A stretch of DNA of 64,000 nt from Chrysomallon squamiferum (Eukaryota; Animalia; Mollusca). Position 1 is the stretch's first letter. Each line of letters starts with the position of its first letter. Made by a program: the position numbers and the translations under genes. The stretch is taken from positions 12,462,001 through 12,526,000 of the forward strand of contig CM022678.1 of assembly GCA_012295275.1 (NCBI GenBank), written 5' to 3'. The notes beneath the pieces are model-generated. The model did not search any database. It had not been told where the DNA came from and was given only the letters and a program-made list of their open reading frames with translations. Shown here piece by piece: positions 40,511 through 53,899 of the stretch.

Positions 40511-41297
40511 GATGACGAAGATGATGAGCATCAGCTATCAGTGAGTTGAGATCAAATGATGTGATGGAGATAGCTCAGGACCTGTGCAAGTCACTCAGAA
40601 GAGAAAAACGACTCAAATTCAGAGTACAAGAGTTAGTGGCTGCTCTAGAGAAAATCTCTAAAAACTCAGAAATCAGCAGTCAGCAGAGTTTGTCAATGAC
40701 CTGAAACAAGCTAACAGGTAAACATACAGACGTATGCATGTCATGCTTATCTACATATATTTAGTGTTTTGTTGTAATAGTATTAGTAAATCTGTAATAT
40801 AATTGACATATCTAATGTTTAGTTTACTTTATTTTTTGCCCTGTAATGTCTTGATATCATTATTATTCTAATTTTTTTTAATTTTTTTATTGCCTTGATA
40901 TGATTAGTATTTTTGTGACATAAATCATATAATTTTACATCTTTTTTATTTCATTTCAGTTTATAAAGCATTAATATCATTTTACTTTTTTAATTCAAAT
41001 TTACACATTAGTTACATAGCTTTTTGATTTTACTTTATTTTCCCTGAAGTGACTGGAGCTGAATAAATGACAACTAATTTTATTTATTTATTTATTTATT
41101 TATTTTGCCTCCAGTGTGCCTTGATATCAGCGTTTGATAAAGCAAAGAAGAAATACCAGAGCAAGCTGAAGAAACTTGAGTCTCAGTTACAGGGGATGAC
41201 AGATCGCTACGAGAGACAGATAAAACTGCTCAAACAAAGAATTGAAGTGTTTGGGATAGACTCTGTTAGGCCACCAACCAATGAGACTTCATTATAG
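40511..41297 (+). pseudogene. MCC: Last two coding exons of colorectal mutant cancer protein (MCC), disabled
   Basis: Exons 40511-40717 and 41115-41297 read RREKRLKFRVQELVAALEKISKNSEI/QSAEFVNDLKQANS/ALISAFDKAKKKYQSKLKKLESQ..RPPTNETSL*, matching the MCC C-terminus with its PDZ-binding NETSL. Lesions: TGA stops at the exon start, a frameshifting deletion at ~40675 and 2 extra nt at the second acceptor. Confidence 0.88.
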
Positions 41298-42639
41298 CAG
41301 AACTGGGATTTTAAATTAACCAATCGCTATGACTGTAACAAAATTCTGTTAATGTTTCAGTGGATTTACATTTTAAACTTAGCACTTGAATCAACCAGTG
41401 AAAACTGCACAAAAAAATTGCTTTAATTAAAAATGAAATCCTGAAATGGGAATGGCTTTAATAATTAACCAATAAAATCATTATTTATTACAGCTTCTGG
41501 CCAGTAGAATAGGTCTGAGTTTTAACCAAGGAAATCTCCTGTTTTATAACATGACATTAGAGAAAGAAACATATCCACATAAAAATAAAAAAATCAGTTT
41601 TATATCACATTTCATATTTATATAGTGTTTATTTAAAAAAATGTCACCAACTGTTTTCAAACCAATCAAAATGTTTTTCTTAAACATATTAGCCAATCAA
41701 AAGTAGTTTACTATCTGTATTGATCATTGATAAGAGATGTATCTATTTTAGCTTTTTTAAACTATTGAATTTGTAATTCACTATTTGTGACCATGAAACA
41801 AAAATATTACTGCAATTTTATACATCCTATATAAATATATATATATATATATTATATTTTCAAAGTAGTGGTTAATTATACAGTATGTAAGTTCTATTAA
41901 GTTTTTAAGACATTATTTCAGTCGTTTGCAGATTAATATGCATAATAACAGAAAATATACTCTTTCAAGTTAATGTCTGATATCAAATGGTGAAATGTAA
42001 AAATTTGATTATTATTATTACTATTATTACTTCACTACTACTACTGTTAACTAAATAATTCTTATTAATATTCACAATATTCATTTTTCCAGTTTCACTA
42101 AAATATTTCATTCATAATGGTTTAACTATATGGAATAATGCTGTAATTGTTTCATCATGGTGTTACACTGGCTCTTAGGCTTTTATTAATTCACAAGTGT
42201 TGAAAATATTTGTTATTAGCTGATTATAGTGAGAGATGATTCTTGTATTATTAAACAACATTTTCTCTTTCACAATTTAAGAGTATGGTCTTGATTTGAA
42301 TGAATACAAAGAAATAGGATACATATATATGCTCAGCAATTTAAAGAATGTTTAGACTTATCAGTTTCTGCAACTGATGTCATTTGGAAATAGAGTTTCA
42401 TATCAGTGGGCTTTTTATTTATAGACAAAAAAAACTAAAAATAAGATAATTTCCCTTTATTTGGCCTAATCATCTAATACAAATTTATTAAAAAATATAT
42501 ATTTTTCGTTGACACCATAAATATGGAAATATAAGCAGATTTCTGATGTGTTGTCCTATAATCATTAAAACTTATTTCAGATATATTGTTATGACATTTT
42601 AATTCAAAAATATTTTAAATATATGTAAATTTCCCTTTT

Positions 42640-44848
42640 GTCAGCTCCAGTCTAAAACAAAGTGCTGATGTTGATGTCACTAGTCTTTCTCTGTATGATG
42701 TTTCTCCAAAGTCACATTTTGAAAACTTTCGAACTTTTGGAGGCTTCTCCGAGTATCCATCATCCTCTGCTTTCCTTTTCTAGATGTTGATGTTCCTGAT
42801 CTTTCTCCACGTGATGTTTCTCCAGAATTATGTTCAGACATCTTCAGAACTTTTGAAACTTTCTCCGGGCATCCATCATCCTCTGCATTCCATTTCCTAG
42901 AGGCTTTTTCTTTTTCCATTTCATCTTAAACACTGTAATTAAATAACATTGTAGGACAAAACAAAATTATATATAAATAAAAAAATTTAAAATGTATTCG
43001 AAATAAATTAAAATATATATATACACATACATATTTAAAGTTTACACATGATGTGATTTCATATCATGAAATTTATTATTTAAATTTTTTTGCTGTTTTA
43101 TTGTGTCATTATTTTCATTTAACAACATTCAGTAATAAATAAATGAATTAATTAATTAAAAAAATAGAAAAATCTGTAATTTATTAATTCATGTATAAAG
43201 CTCTGAGTATTTGTGTACAAAACAGACAGATGATTTGTGATCTCTCAAAGTGTGATTAATTATTAAAATAATTCATAATAAACCTGACACTGGAATATTT
43301 TTCAACTCAGACCATCATACCTGATTCACTCTTCATACACTTCTCCCTCTTTTTACATAAAGAACATGTAAACTTTGTGAATTATTTGTAGCTGCTAACA
43401 GCATATCTGGTATTTCATTTCCAAATGAGAAGCCATCTAAAAATCGTTAATTTTAAAATATGAAAGTAAATAATAGAATTTCTATAAGTCCATAAATGTA
43501 ATAAATGTATTATTAAAGTATTCATATTAAAAATAAACGTTCCTGCCCGAAATCGCTATAGGGTTATCATTATAATCTCTCTTTGTGTTACTGTTGGTAA
43601 AATTACCCATTCGCGTCTGCTAGCAGAACAGCTATATTTATATAAAATAATAAATAATAATAAATTAATAAATTAATAATAATAATAGAACTAGTGCTAA
43701 TAATATGATTAAATATATGGTTACAATAGTTGTAGAATTTATTTAATCAACTAATTTAAAAATTTGATTGGAAAAATGTTTTAAAGAAAATGTTCTCTAT
43801 TCTTTATGAGCCGACTAAATATATTTAGTTAAATAAGCATTACTTTTTTCTTCTTTTTTTTAAAATTATTTTATTGTAATGAATCTAAACACAACACTCA
43901 CAACACTTTGAATGTAGTCGATTATTAATGACTAGTGACGTGTTTATAGGGAACTGATCTGCCCACGAATACACTGGTTTCGTGCTAAAAACAACTGCCA
44001 GGATGTAAAAACTACTCAAACTCGACATTAATTCTAATTAATTACTACAACGGGCAAACGGAATATACCAATAAATAAATAAATGAAATGGTAAAATAAA
44101 TATATAAACTTCCGAATGTAACACTAATATTATAAATATACTATGAATATTTATTTTATTTGTAAGAAAATAAAATAACTTTTAAAGTGAATTATAAACT
44201 TGCTAAATTTAGCCTTGTGACGTAAGTTTGAGAAGGAAGACGACAGTTCTGCTGTAATAAGTTATATGAAGCAAAGCATCAAATAAAAAAAGAGTAATAA
44301 TAATACTAATAAACTGATAATGCTGCAAGGTCGTTCCATAACACCACTATTCATGTCAAGCTACATAAGCCAGGACAAATAGTTTCCTGATCAAACTCGA
44401 ATGTTGACAATAAAAGAAACGTGACCTTCACAGAAGTATACGTTCAGCGTAATAATTACAAAAACGAATCGATGTCTGATTGCATTTGAACATTATTTTA
44501 TTAACGTCGAACTTAACAATATGTTTATCCTCAGTTAAGAAAAATGGCTTCATTCATTAATAAAGTTATCGTGGGACGACTCTGAGAAAGATAAATGCTA
44601 GAGACTAGTTTCCTCTGACCACTGAGACAAACTCTCCACTAACAAACAAAACATTATGTACAGGACTGTTTTTAAGAACATAACCTAAATTACAAAGTAT
44701 TATTATAAAATATCTTACAGCAACAACAACAACAACAAAAACAACAATAATAATAATTTCTTCTTACCTCTGTCTTAAGAAACGAAAAATTTAATGCCAA
44801 AAAATTTTGCTGTTACAGTTGTGAAGTGCGGTTTTCACAGACGACAGT
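42640..44848 (-). pseudogene. Three-exon minus-strand gene relic (non-coding exon ~44768-44848; ATG exon 43321-43436; exon from 42932)
   Basis: Splice signals gag|gtaaga, ttag|ATGGCT, tcag|gtatga and tacag|tg. Exon 2 has Cys remnants (QICC*, TCSLCKK) with a stop and a frameshift. Exon 3 holds two ~39-aa basic repeats split by a frameshift. Confidence 0.45.
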
Positions 44849-45111
44849 TTAAATGTGTTAGTTTAGAGACATATATTATAATCGCGAAAAAAAAAAAAAA
44901 ATAATACTCTGCAGGATGGCGGTACCAAAAGTGAGAAAAGTATCTTACCAAAGTTATCAAAGCAAGGTCAAAGTTTAAAGATCATCTCCAATGACCTCCG
45001 TGTTTATCAAAAGAAACCGCTTGTCACGACTAGGCTGATTATTCTGATTCCTGGCGTTTTTTTAAAATTAATGTACGTTTTTATTTAGATATTCATGCCA
45101 TTGCTTATAGC

Positions 45112-45115
<4 letters not shown>

Positions 45116-45169
<54 letters not shown>

Positions 45170-45295
45170 GTTTGAGAGTACACAGATGTGGACATCAGTT
45201 GTTGTTTTTTTTTTTTTAATTTTTTTTTTTACTTGAACCTGGCGGGGTTCCATACAGACTTATACTCCACCACTGACCAGCCATGATAGCCAATC
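45116..45295 (-). mobile_element. Truncated tRNA-like SINE head next to a (CT)n tract
   Basis: Minus strand 45230-45295 reads tggctggtcagtggtggag..ccaggttcaagt (A-box and B-box like); (CT)n lies at 45116-45168. Confidence 0.4.
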
Positions 45296-47639
45296 GTAAT
45301 GAAAATGCATTGTCAAGACTGCTTTGGAGCTGCTATGTACTAAGGTTGGGGTACCCGTAAATAAAATAAATCAAATTTACCATGTATTTCAAACTAATAA
45401 AATCCAAAGCATAAATTCAGTATGAGTTGATATCATACCTCTTCTAAAAATAAATAAACAAATAAATAAATAAATAAATATCAAATTATGAAATTTTTAG
45501 TTTTAAATCTAAAACTAACTTAATTTGTAAAAATAGTCTGAAATGTATGCTATTTTTTTTTATAAATTTATTGAATTAAAGCTGAAAAGTTCCCTTTGCC
45601 TAAATAATAAAAAATAAGTTTTGAAATTAAAATTATTTTAAATCTAATAAAAAAAATGGTCTTAAATAAAAAAAAACTTATTTTACCCTATCCATACATT
45701 TTAGTTAGTCTTAAATCCAACTGTAAACTTCCCTTAGCCAATCTTCAGCCTTACTTTTTATTGTTGTTGAATTTAACTGAGAGATAATTATTGTCAATAA
45801 AGGTAAGGATTCTTAAGGATTTAGCTCATTCTATGTCTCTCTTGTGAATAACTAATTTTCAAAACATATATATATATATATATATAGTATTATCAATCAG
45901 CTCATTTTGAAAAAAAAGTATGATTTGCTACCTCACACAAGACTGACACAAGACCAGTGAAATGTCAGTAATAACAACTAAACACTGAATTTGTTATTCA
46001 TTGTTTCCCCTCCACTTAGTCTCAGGAAGCTACTTATGAGTCTAGTTTAAAATTTACAAGAAAAACTATTTGAAATTTTTTACAGTGAGAGTGATATAAA
46101 ACATAAAAAAATAACAAGATTTATTGATTAAAGAATATTAATAAAATAAAATAAAGAATAGCAAAACATTTCTTTACAAAAAATTAAAAATAATAAACAA
46201 CTTGACAGATAATGTAATTACTACTACTACTACTACTACTACATTATTATTATTATTATTATTATTATTACCTGGTTTTTCAGAAAAGGAAATATTAACA
46301 ATTCGCTCTGCACAAAGACTACTCGGACACGAAATATAATCAACTCGTTTTATAAACATCGATTACTTCAGTGTGAAAAAATAGATGTCAGTTAACTTCG
46401 TTTTATCGGTTTTATCCTATATCAGTTCCCGAGTCGGGGACGTTTGGTATATATGTGTTCCTTCATTTATTCTGTTTTAGAATAATATGATAAAATGAAA
46501 GTGAATAGACAAAACAGTAAGTTTTTGTTTTGAACGTTATTTTAGAATCATAATCGCACAGACACGGAAAGCAAAATACGTTTTTGGACACATGTCAAAA
46601 CTCACACAGCTCTCATATCAGTAGCCTTGTTGTAATTGGACATAAACATCTGTGATGGAAAACGTTCGATGGGTGACACTGGTCTGGGGATATTCGTTTT
46701 GTGAAAGTTTTTACTTCACTAAATTTCCATTTTCCATTTTCCACTGAAAATCAGTAATAATAATAATAATAATATATCGTAACAGCTATGGAAACGTAAG
46801 ATAAATTTTCGTGAAGAAATCAGAAAACCAGAAATATTATGTTTTGTAAACAGTGATGACATTAACGGAAAGTGTGAAATGGTACTAGAATAACGTTTTT
46901 GTGTTGTAATATTTAAACTCGCGAGTAACAGAGAATATATAGTTTTTGTTACTGCATTTCACGATTACTCAGTCTTTGTTTTTGACAGATGTAGATCGAT
47001 CAGAAATCCTCGAACAGTAGCAAATCACAGATTTTTACAGGTAGCACTCTGTTCTTTGTTTATATAATTAGAGCCCGTGATTATACTCCAAATGTCATTA
47101 CTCGGAGTAACGATGAGTCGTATACTTTTCCTTCAAGGTTGCAAAGGTTCTCTCGAAAACGTCACACAACTTCGCAAATGCTGTCCAAGCAGCGGTGAGT
47201 TTTCTTTGAATCTTTTTGTTGACACATACTGGTATCACGTTCTATGACATCACACTTGTTTTTTACCTGTTTATTTTCAGGTTTTCCACTTCAATGTGCA
47301 AACTCTGTACTATTTCTCACAGCTCCTGTGGTGTTTCAGCACAGAGCAGAATGTCCAAGACGAAATGAAGACTGAACTACTCTTCAGCTATCCACGAGCC
47401 TATGTTTTATCAGTTAAGGTTTCAAAAAAAAGTACTTGAGTCCTGCAGTGAACAGCTAGGGTAATATGGTGTTAATTTGAATATCGACGAAAACCAAGTA
47501 CAAGGGGATGCTGTATTTTTGGCATAGGTGTTTTGTAGTGTGTATCTTTTTTCAGTCTAGCTTTTCTAGTATATATATATATTTATATTATCATTAATAC
47601 TTGATTATAAGTATATTAATTAAATCTTTCTTATTTCAT

Positions 47640-48475
47640 TTGTGGTCTTCTTCATTTCCTGATTAATATGAGCGTTTGGTGGGCGACTTGGTGAGCTAGT
47701 GACTTCCATGTTGTGTATAATCTTTTCCTGGTGCTGTATACTTTTTCATGTCTCTAAACCCTGCTTTCACTTTTTTTGTAACTACCTGTCCCATAGTTTT
47801 TCTATCTTCATGTCCCCGATTCGATCTCCTTCTCTCTGTAACAGAACCTTTGTCTTTCTTCACTCAGTGTATTTGTAGGAACAAAATGTAAAAGTGTTAC
47901 TTGGGCAATCATGGTCGTTGTAGATTAAGGTACATACTTAATTTTGAATAGCTCTGTGTAGAAATCTTCTGTTCATTCCGTTGTCTCATCCTGATCTTGT
48001 ATTTTTCTGACAGTTTTATGTGTCTCTCGGTCTCGTTCAGTTTCTTTAAGCCCAAGTTAAAAATCTATATATGCTACTTATTCCAAAACCTTTGTAACTC
48101 TTTTAACATTAACTTTAATAGTTTATCATTAATTCGTAATTGTAATCATTATCTACCTGTCAGATCTTCTAGTCTACAGTTAGATGTTTAATTTTCACAA
48201 CTGAGCCGTGTTCGGTTGTAACATCACTTTCACCACGGAAACAGCAAGAAGGGTAACAGTACGTTGCACCCGTAAGCTCGGGATAACACGCACAGTTGCG
48301 ATTACTCAACGTTACCATCGGTTCATATCCAGAACTATCTCTGCCATGACATTTACATTTTGTTCGTACAAATTCACTGAGTGAAGAAAGACAAAGGTTC
48401 TGTTACAGAGAGAAGGCGATCGAATCGGATACATGAAGATAGAAAAACAATGGGACAGGTAGTTACAAAAAAAGT
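47640..48475 (-). mobile_element. Decayed retroelement ORF1/gag-like fragment with a 124-bp inverted duplication
   Basis: 47769-47892 is the reverse complement of 48352-48475. The minus strand shows VVKIKH (~48185-48203) and HDCPSNTFTFCS (zinc-knuckle-like). The family assignment is tentative. Confidence 0.45.
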
Positions 48476-48937
48476 CAGTAGCTGGTCGAAGAAAGTAGAA
48501 AGAGAAAGACAAAGAATGGAAGAGAGAAAAACAAAAGCAGGAAATCACAGAGAGCAAGGCAGAAATGGAAGGAGAAATAAGGAAGAAGAAAAATAGAGAA
48601 AGAATTAAAAAGGTAGAAAGAAAGAAGAAGGGAGAGGCATAAACAGAAAATTCACGAAAGTTTAACAAACTGTTATTACGTATGAGACTCGTCTCGTGAA
48701 TTTGGCAGCAAATTAGATTTCATATTCAGCCTAAACACTGCCTCTAATTAACCAAATACATTTTTGAAATAAATCTTCTTCTTCTTATCATCATCATCGT
48801 TATAAACTGTTATAAAAGGGGCTTTTAATGTGTTCTGTTATTATCTTCATTTTAATTAGTAGAATTGCCATATACACGAAAATGTTATGTTTAACAATAT
48901 ACTTCTGTAAGTACTTTTTAAAACAACTAATTAAATA

Positions 48938-48990
48938 AGGTGCCATTTCTTCTGGGTGACATTTTTCCGGTGCCTTTTTCCCCGTACCCC
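48938..48990 (-). mobile_element. DNA transposon/MITE terminus with subterminal repeats
   Basis: The minus strand reads ggggtacgggaaaaaggcaccggaaaaatgtcacccagaagaaatggcacc (three aaatggcacc-like repeats). The partner end was not seen. Confidence 0.4.
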
Positions 48991-49319
48991 ACATGAATTA
49001 ATAGAAACAAATACTCGTTACGGCACAAAATGCGTCTCCGGAAAAAAAAATCGCTCCAGATTTATCGTATTTAATGGGTACAAACTACACCTGAATGTTC
49101 TTTTCTGTTGGGTTCTGAGACGGGGAACAATGCCAAACTAGAACAGTTAATACATAATCTTGTAACAAATTATAATTTCAGTTTATTAATGCACGCATTT
49201 GCACAAAAATAATCCAGTTTGAAAAATTTGAGTAACCTGAAAAAGTAGTTAGGATAGGTGCAGTACATCATGGTGTAAATCATAAATATGGAAATGGACG
49301 AAAATTTGTTGAATTTGGA

Positions 49320-49450
49320 AGTTTAAAACCCCGGGTTTCCGAGCGTACCCGGAAATTTCCGGTCATTTCAAGATGGCGGCGTCCGAATTGGTCAATGTTA
49401 CTCTGCCAAAACACCACAGCGGACAGGAGATCCGCCAACCAGCCGTTTTA
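49320..49450 (+). promoter_or_regulatory. Housekeeping-type core promoter: palindromic ETS pair + YY1 motif
   Basis: A perfect palindrome ccggaaatttccgg sits immediately upstream of caagatggcggc (YY1 consensus) in a CpG-rich patch. Confidence 0.55.
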
Positions 49451-50709
49451 AAAAAAAAAAATGAATCGAAAATTAATTTTTCAATCTTTTTTGTTAAAAC
49501 AAAAAGCATTCATCTTCTAAAACCTGTACTATTATGTACACAAACAGTGTAAATGAAAAACTGCTGTTGTTTAGATTTAAATTTATATCTGTTCGTGAAG
49601 ATTTGCGTTTGTTAATTTGTTTTTCCTACCGTATTTAATTTATTTTTTTATTATTTACTAATCATTAATAAACATTTAATCACAAAATTCAAAGTAAAAC
49701 TAAGCGTTTTGTACAGGACTACAAAAGAAATGTTTATTTCTTTTTCTTGTATATCCTGATACTTTGATGTATTTTTCTATTTTAAAACACACACACACAC
49801 ACATAAATATATATAATAATTTAAAATGTTCCAAAATATTCTTACTTTTTTCTTCTTAAATTAAAAATGTTTTTGCTTATGTACTAAGAGTTGATGGTAT
49901 AAAAACTGATGATTGCTATATTTGAGAATTAATAATCATAGATAGATTTAGTCAGATAATTACTTCATACTAAACTGTTTTCAGTTGTTTTTCTTTTTTA
50001 AATTATTATTATTATTGTTATTATTATCTTTTCCCATTTCTTTTCTATTATAAAATTTTATTTTTTCATAAACTTATTTATTTATTTATTTTATTATTAT
50101 TTTTTAATTATTTAAAAGATTTACATTTTTCAAATTTTGAGCTGTGATTGTTATTTACTTACAAAATAATGAATTCTGTATCTCAGGTCTGTGTTTTCCC
50201 AGGCTATTTACTCAACCACAAATGTACTTTGATGTGTGGGTGTGTGCAAGTCATTTCTGTAAATAAATTGCTTTTCTTATTATTTTTTAATTATTAATTG
50301 AATTTTGTTTCCTCTGAATAAACCCAGAAAATAAATATAACTTTTAACATTATTTTTCATAAAAAATAATAAACATCATTTTCAGAAATTGATAAAAGCT
50401 ATATTATTTTTCTTTCAGATTAAAAAAAATAATTATGATTTTGAATGAACCTGAGGTTTCCAGAAATTATAACAATATTTATGTTGAATTTTAAATTAAA
50501 ATAATAATAGTAATAAAAAAATAGTTTTAAAAATCAATTTGGAAAGAATCTGAAACTGAACTTCGGTAACCTATGAGCAGTTCCATGTTATTTTATTATT
50601 TCAGTGTGTAAGTCTGGCATATGTTACTTATCTGTCAGCTGTTATGTCCCCACATGACATGAGCCATGCGACTATAAGACAGGTTTGTAATGCACAGTTC
50701 AGAAAAACA

Positions 50710-53195
50710 ATGCTTGCTCAGCTTGTGCTTGTTGCTGTCTTGTTGCAGGTGGCACACAGTATTGTGTGTCCACCTGATGTGTGTCAGTCTGTGCAGTGTT
50801 CCGCTGTAACAAGCTGCAATGGACTCGTTGTGTCCGGTGCTGGCTTTTGTGGATGCTGTGACCGTTGTGTTACATTACTAGGCAAGTTTTGTCTTTTTAC
50901 CCACAATTCCAGTCTTATAGAGTGTGAAAAAATACATAATATTTTGCTGTATTTTCTGACAGAATAATTTTTTGAAAAGGTTTTATGTATGTATATATAT
51001 ATATATATGGCATTTATTTGAATCTTTCCAGCTTTATATTTAGGAATGATACTGGACACAAAATGGAGACTGAACATATATAAATTAATGAAATGTTTAG
51101 TTTTAAAATGATATTTAAAATAAAATTTCAAATTTTCTTTATCTTACAAGTGTAAACAGTGTCTTATTTAATAACATCTGAACTGAGTGAGCAGCTAAAT
51201 AAACTTTGATATTTCTGTGTTTATATATTCAGTACATTTCTCTGAAGGTATGAACAACTAATGCATAGACAAAGCAGACAATTATTTATTATTCTGTTTC
51301 AGTGACAGGTGTTCTTTCAGACAATAAAAACATTTTTAGTTTCATTTACAGTTTCAAACACAAAAGTGTACAATATTCCTATGCTTGAGATCAAAACACT
51401 TTTTTTTTCTTTTTAACAAAACAATAAAAATATGAAAATATGCAGAGATCTGTTGTTTTACTGTTTTATATAAAGTATTCAAATTATGGAATTATTCAAA
51501 AGGTTTCCTTATTTTGTTTCTACCTTACTTATGCACATTTAACATAACTGTGTATCTGCAGAGAAAACTAAGTTGTGTTAGTTGTTAGGTCTAACACGTC
51601 AGTTTACTGTTACAGGTGAGGGTGAGAGGTGTCTCTCCAGTCTTCTGCTTGGTGCACCAGCCCACAGTGTTTGTGAGCCTCATTTGACCTGTGACGTGAA
51701 TACTCTCACCTGTCAGAGAACACAGACACAGCGAGGTGAATTTTCATTGTTTGTATCAACCTTTTAAAAACTTACAACACACAGATTATTTTACTGAAAA
51801 ACAGAACAATTATTATTTTTTTTTTTTATTGTCAGATATTTTGGATCACTTTCAAGTTTTTACAATATAAACATGACCTGATAAAGCTGATCTATTTCAT
51901 AATTAATCAGTAAAATGCATATCACTTTTCTTACAGTGGAGACAAATTTACAAATAATCAATTCTGTATTTTTGAGTTTGCCTTCCCAACAGAAGACAGT
52001 TAAAATGATTTGCTCTTAAGTGCTGAGTTATTAATAAGTATTTTCATTTAAGCTACATTGACATGTGCTGAGAAAAAAGCTCAAATGAATGGAAATTCTC
52101 TACTTGGTCAGCAACATCTTGACTGTAATCCTGATGGAAGCTACAAACCTAAACAGTGCAAAGGATCAGAGTAAGGAACATAAACCAGTTTATTTAGTAA
52201 CCAATCTAATATTATATTAACAACAATCATTAGATCAAAGCAGTTTGCTGCTCCAATTTCCTGTTCCACTGTGCAAACCCTGATTCTCTTTTTAGTTCAC
52301 TTTCACTAAACACTGAATCTTGGTTAGTACTCGTCTGTTTTGTTAGTCCTGGTTTTAGTGTGCTTGTATTGTAGGTGTTACTGTGTAGATGCTGAAGGCA
52401 ACGACATTGGCTATCACATCAACATTGGTGAATCAAAAACTATGAACTGTCGTAAGTACAGTCAGTTTCATGTACATTTGTAATAATTTATGAAAATGAG
52501 AACTTTGACAGAGAACTAGGAAGTGTATTTGTAGTTGAATTCTAGTTCTTATTTTAATATGATAAACATCTTCAACATGTGTGTATGGAAACCTTCACTT
52601 TAGGCAGCAACCAATCTCTTGAAAAAATAAAAATACTCAAAAATGTAAACACAGTTTATTTATATTTTGGTCTTCATAATAGAATGTTTTTAAAAAAAAA
52701 TAAAGTAAACAAAAAAGGAATTATTTCTGTAAGTATTAAAAAACTGAATATCTGAAACAATATATTATTCTGGTATGACATTTTACCATATTTAATATGA
52801 CTTATATTAATTATACTTATAGGAATACAATTAAAATATATGTAGTTGGTTTAAATATATTATGTATCTGATTCATCTTTAATATAAATACATCAATTAA
52901 AATAGCAGTAGCTCTTCGACTGTTGAAAGTTATCTAAACTAAACAAGTGAGATGATAATTTTTTCACTGTCTAATTCTGATTAATATGAATTTACTTGTA
53001 GAATGTGCACGTGACTTTGATGCATACAAAAAGACTGGTCTCATTGGTCACTTATTCCACTGTGCACCAAATGGAAATTATCAACAGTACCGGTGTACTG
53101 GGTCAGCGTGTTACTGTATTGATGATTACGGCAATCAGCTTGGAACAAAATCTGTGAGCATTGGATCACTAGACAGCCTTGATTGCACAGCTTAA
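50710..53195 (+). CDS. Secreted Cys-rich protein: signal peptide + IGFBP/fungal-protease-inhibitor-like domain + two thyroglobulin type-1 domains (thyropin-like, 226 aa)
   Basis: Exons 50710-50881, 51616-51735, 52053-52170, 52375-52451 and 53002-53195 total 681 nt in one open frame. Motifs: leader MLAQLVLVAVLLQVAHS; GFCGCCDRC..LGEGERC; Tg1 CNPDGSYKPKQC..CYCVD and CAPNGNYQQYRC..CYCID. A TATA-like tataag lies ~37 bp upstream and AATAAA at ~53266. Confidence 0.9.
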
Positions 53196-53899
53196 ACTGG
53201 ATCAGTGTTAATCTAAATGTGACACTGATTACTGGTTAACTTAAAATATTCACTGATCTTACAGCAATAAAATAAAACACTGAAAAGAAAGAAAGTTTTA
53301 AAATAGTTTATTACATTAATCTGATCACCTCTCTGTTCTGATATAAAGAGGTTTAATTGTAATAAAATAATTCAACGTGTAATGTACAGGATTCATGTGA
53401 GGGGACAACATGGGCAAAATAATCACTTTTTTTTTATCAAACTCTGCCACTCTTTTAACCCATGGCAGCCTAAGTGGCATTCATTTTTTATAAGTTAATG
53501 AAAAACAAAAATAACATTTAAAAATTGCACATCAACCTTGCCATTTTACTTTAAGCCACAGTGAAACTGGTTCAGTAGGTTTTTGTTTGTCTTGAGTGTC
53601 ACTGGAATTGTTTTAATGACTAGCATGAATATTCTTCTTATGTGATTCATTAATTGAACACTTTGTATCTGAGAACAAGTACTACAGAAACAGTTATCTA
53701 TCACTATTCAGTGTGTGAACAGCTGCAAAAATGGAACGTTTTGCTGTTGTAATTAGAGGTTGACAATAAACAGTTCTTTTGAACTTGTATTCAAATTAAA
53801 TGACAGAACCTCACCTCTCCTATTGTGTCTAGAGGCAGAAGTTCTCCCTATTTTTCTTGCCTAGCAACAACCCTGATATACAAATCAAATCAGTACATA

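Noticed and set aside
46270-47470. Several splice-like sites on both strands
   Set aside because: No phase-consistent reading frame could be assembled.
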